Source: Hydrolagus colliei (lineage: Eukaryota). From it: a stretch of 64,000 nt of DNA. The notes beneath the pieces are model-generated. The model did no database searches, was not told the DNA's origin, and saw only the letters and a program-made list of their open reading frames with translations. Shown piece by piece: positions 62,115 to 64,000 of the stretch (the stretch's first letter is position 1; every line of letters starts with the position of its first letter). The translations under genes and the position numbers were made by a program. The stretch lies in the NCBI GenBank assembly GCA_035084275.1, contig CM068759.1, positions 2,542,001 through 2,606,000 on the forward strand. Direction: 5' to 3'.

Positions 62115-62250
62115 TGTGCGCAATTGGCTGCTGCGTTTCGCCCACAAATACACAGTCAATTCACTTTACAGTATATTCTGTGAAGTGCCTTGAGAAGTCT
62201 AGAAGACATGAAAAGCGCTGTACCAAATGGGAGGATTATTATTATTATTT
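62115..62250 (+). mobile_element. 5'-truncated tRNA/Deu SINE
   Basis: tgtgcgcaattggctgctgcgtttcgcccacaaatacacagtcaattcactttacag...ggattattattatt. Confidence 0.85.
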
Positions 62251-63124
62251 AATCACGATTATTAACGATAATGAATAAGAGCATTAGCATTATAATTAAT
62301 AAGTGCAACAACCAGAGGTGTAAGTACTGCCAACTGAATCAAAGCTCACTGCTTTTTAGAAGAGGGATTAAATATGATCTCCAATCACAATGTGAACAAT
62401 GTTCTTTGAGAGAAGCATAAATATCAAATTTAATTTAATTCACCATATGCCAAAATTGGGATTTGGCTTCGGAGTAAACAAGGTCAGCTTTGTAGCTACA
62501 AGGAAATATGTTTTAATTAACTGTACTGCGGGGAAAAATAACAAAGATGTTTAAATACCCAAATTTAAATTCCCCCTGCAAACTGGGTGATTTCTCAGAC
62601 TCTGGCCAGTTCTGCTGGCAGTTTCATGGGAAATGATTCTCCCGTTGTTAATTATGTATTAACCATTTGTAAAGAGATTAAGATGCCCTTAATGCCTGCA
62701 TTTCTCAGCATAATCTGAAATTATCTAGGTGTTCACCTGTTGGGTCTGGCAGTGATTCATTGCCGTTGGGAAGTAAACATAGCCTAGAGTTTAATTTTCC
62801 TATTGTAAATGAACCAAAACAGTGATCTTCTCTTTTTAACTATGTAAGTGGAACAAGAGCATCTGTGGTTTCAGTTTATTGCTAGTAGTCTAATCGCTAT
62901 AGTGCCATTGCCACATCAGTCACAAGAATTATAGCTTTTCATCAAATATGGAGGAGTATGTAACAGTAATAATTCTTGTGCCAGTTTGCCAAATAACTGG
63001 TTGTCAAATCCGATTGAAGAGATATACCTATGTTTTGATAAGGAATGATTGTTTGTTGATACATAGGGACTTTGGAATCATAGAAACTCACCCTCCATTC
63101 CTATTCTGGGCAGGAGTTCATTTG

Positions 63125-63428
63125 TGGGAGGTGCTGTCCTTCGGATGAAACATTAAGCCAAGGTCCCCTCTGCCTGTTCTGGTGATGTTCGATTCCCATG
63201 TTAGTATTCAAAAAGGAATAGGAGTTTTTCTCTCCCGGTGTCCCTGTCAGTAATCCCGCAAATAAATATCGTCACACACTCCATAGCTGTTTGTGGAACT
63301 GCCTGTTGTGTGCGACTGCCTGCCGCGTTTCACCCACAAAACACACAGCCAATCCACTTTGCAGTACACCCTGTGAAGCACTTTGAGACATCTCAATGAC
63401 ATGATAAACCATTATATCAAATGCAAAG
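63125..63428 (+). mobile_element. Older DeuSINE body and tail
   Basis: ggaggtgctgtccttcggatgaaacattaagccaaggtccc...gctgtttgtggaactg...gtgaagcactttgagac...atcaaatgcaa. Confidence 0.72.
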
Positions 63429-64000
63429 CCTAAACCTAATTGGTTTGAGAGCAAGGATGCGTATTCATAAAGCCTTTTTTAAAAAAAAAGTGCTAGTATG
63501 TGGATTTAATCGGCCTTACGGTACAACAAGTAGTATTTCTGAGATTGTGTCTGAAATATGTTTCCAAAGGAGAGTAGTCACTGCAGAGTTTGAATGACAC
63601 TCATCTCACTCATCTCTGTTTGAACAAATGACTCCAATTTCAATTCAGTTTCAAAGCCAATCAAACACTTTTTGCGGTCATCCTACCATTTTCAGATGTG
63701 CACAGTGTTTTTGATCCAAATTTATTTATTCCATTGATGTTGTTCTGACTTTCTGTTTTACATTCTTGGTGCAAATTAACTCTTGCTTCCATAAGTTCAA
63801 TATAATTTATACCTTTTTTCTATAATAGGCTCTGTTGATAGCTGCAGCTTTCTTCTTCTGTTTTGTCTTGGCTAAGATCCAATCTACCACAAATTGATAT
63901 TCATTTGAATTCTTCAAATCCACTTACGGAAGATAACCGTGAATTATTTGTTAGTCGTGATGTGATGAACACTGGGGAGTTTGGTTATATCTTTAAAGAC

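Noticed and set aside
90-63428. More than 20 dispersed copies of gtgaagcgctttgagacg..gcgctata..atgcaagg, superficially array-like
   Set aside because: Irregular spacing, both orientations and 5' truncation identify them as SINE/L2 3' tails, not a CRISPR array or new repeat system.

Overview
AT-rich vertebrate genomic DNA. The repeat content (tRNA-headed Deu-domain SINEs with L2-type tails, CR1 and L2 LINE fragments) points to a cartilaginous fish, probably a chimaera such as Callorhinchus; this species call is inference. The window holds the complete coding region of the extracellular heparan-sulfate 6-O-endosulfatase SULF2 on the + strand: 20 GT-AG coding exons from ATG 10688 to TAG 43934, 2637 nt, 878 aa. 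The protein has a signal peptide, the CCPSR formylglycine motif, a furin-cleaved hydrophilic domain and the C-terminal GQLWEGWEG. The non-coding first exon and promoter probably lie upstream of the window. A long 3' UTR probably runs to about 47110. The remaining ~17 kb is intergenic and rich in transposon fragments, with no confidently identifiable gene. Most ORF-track entries are noise or transposon remnants. I found no strong evidence of a wholly new biological system. The best unexplained signals are in the putative 3' UTR: a perfect 31-bp hairpin, a G-quadruplex tract and a complementary C-tract each just after a poly(A) signal, and a cluster of TGCAC-core miRNA sites. Other leads are nested or inverted SINE/L2 arrangements around exons, a Tigger-like MITE and two reverse-oriented CTCF-like motifs. 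Exon numbering follows human SULF2, recalled from memory.
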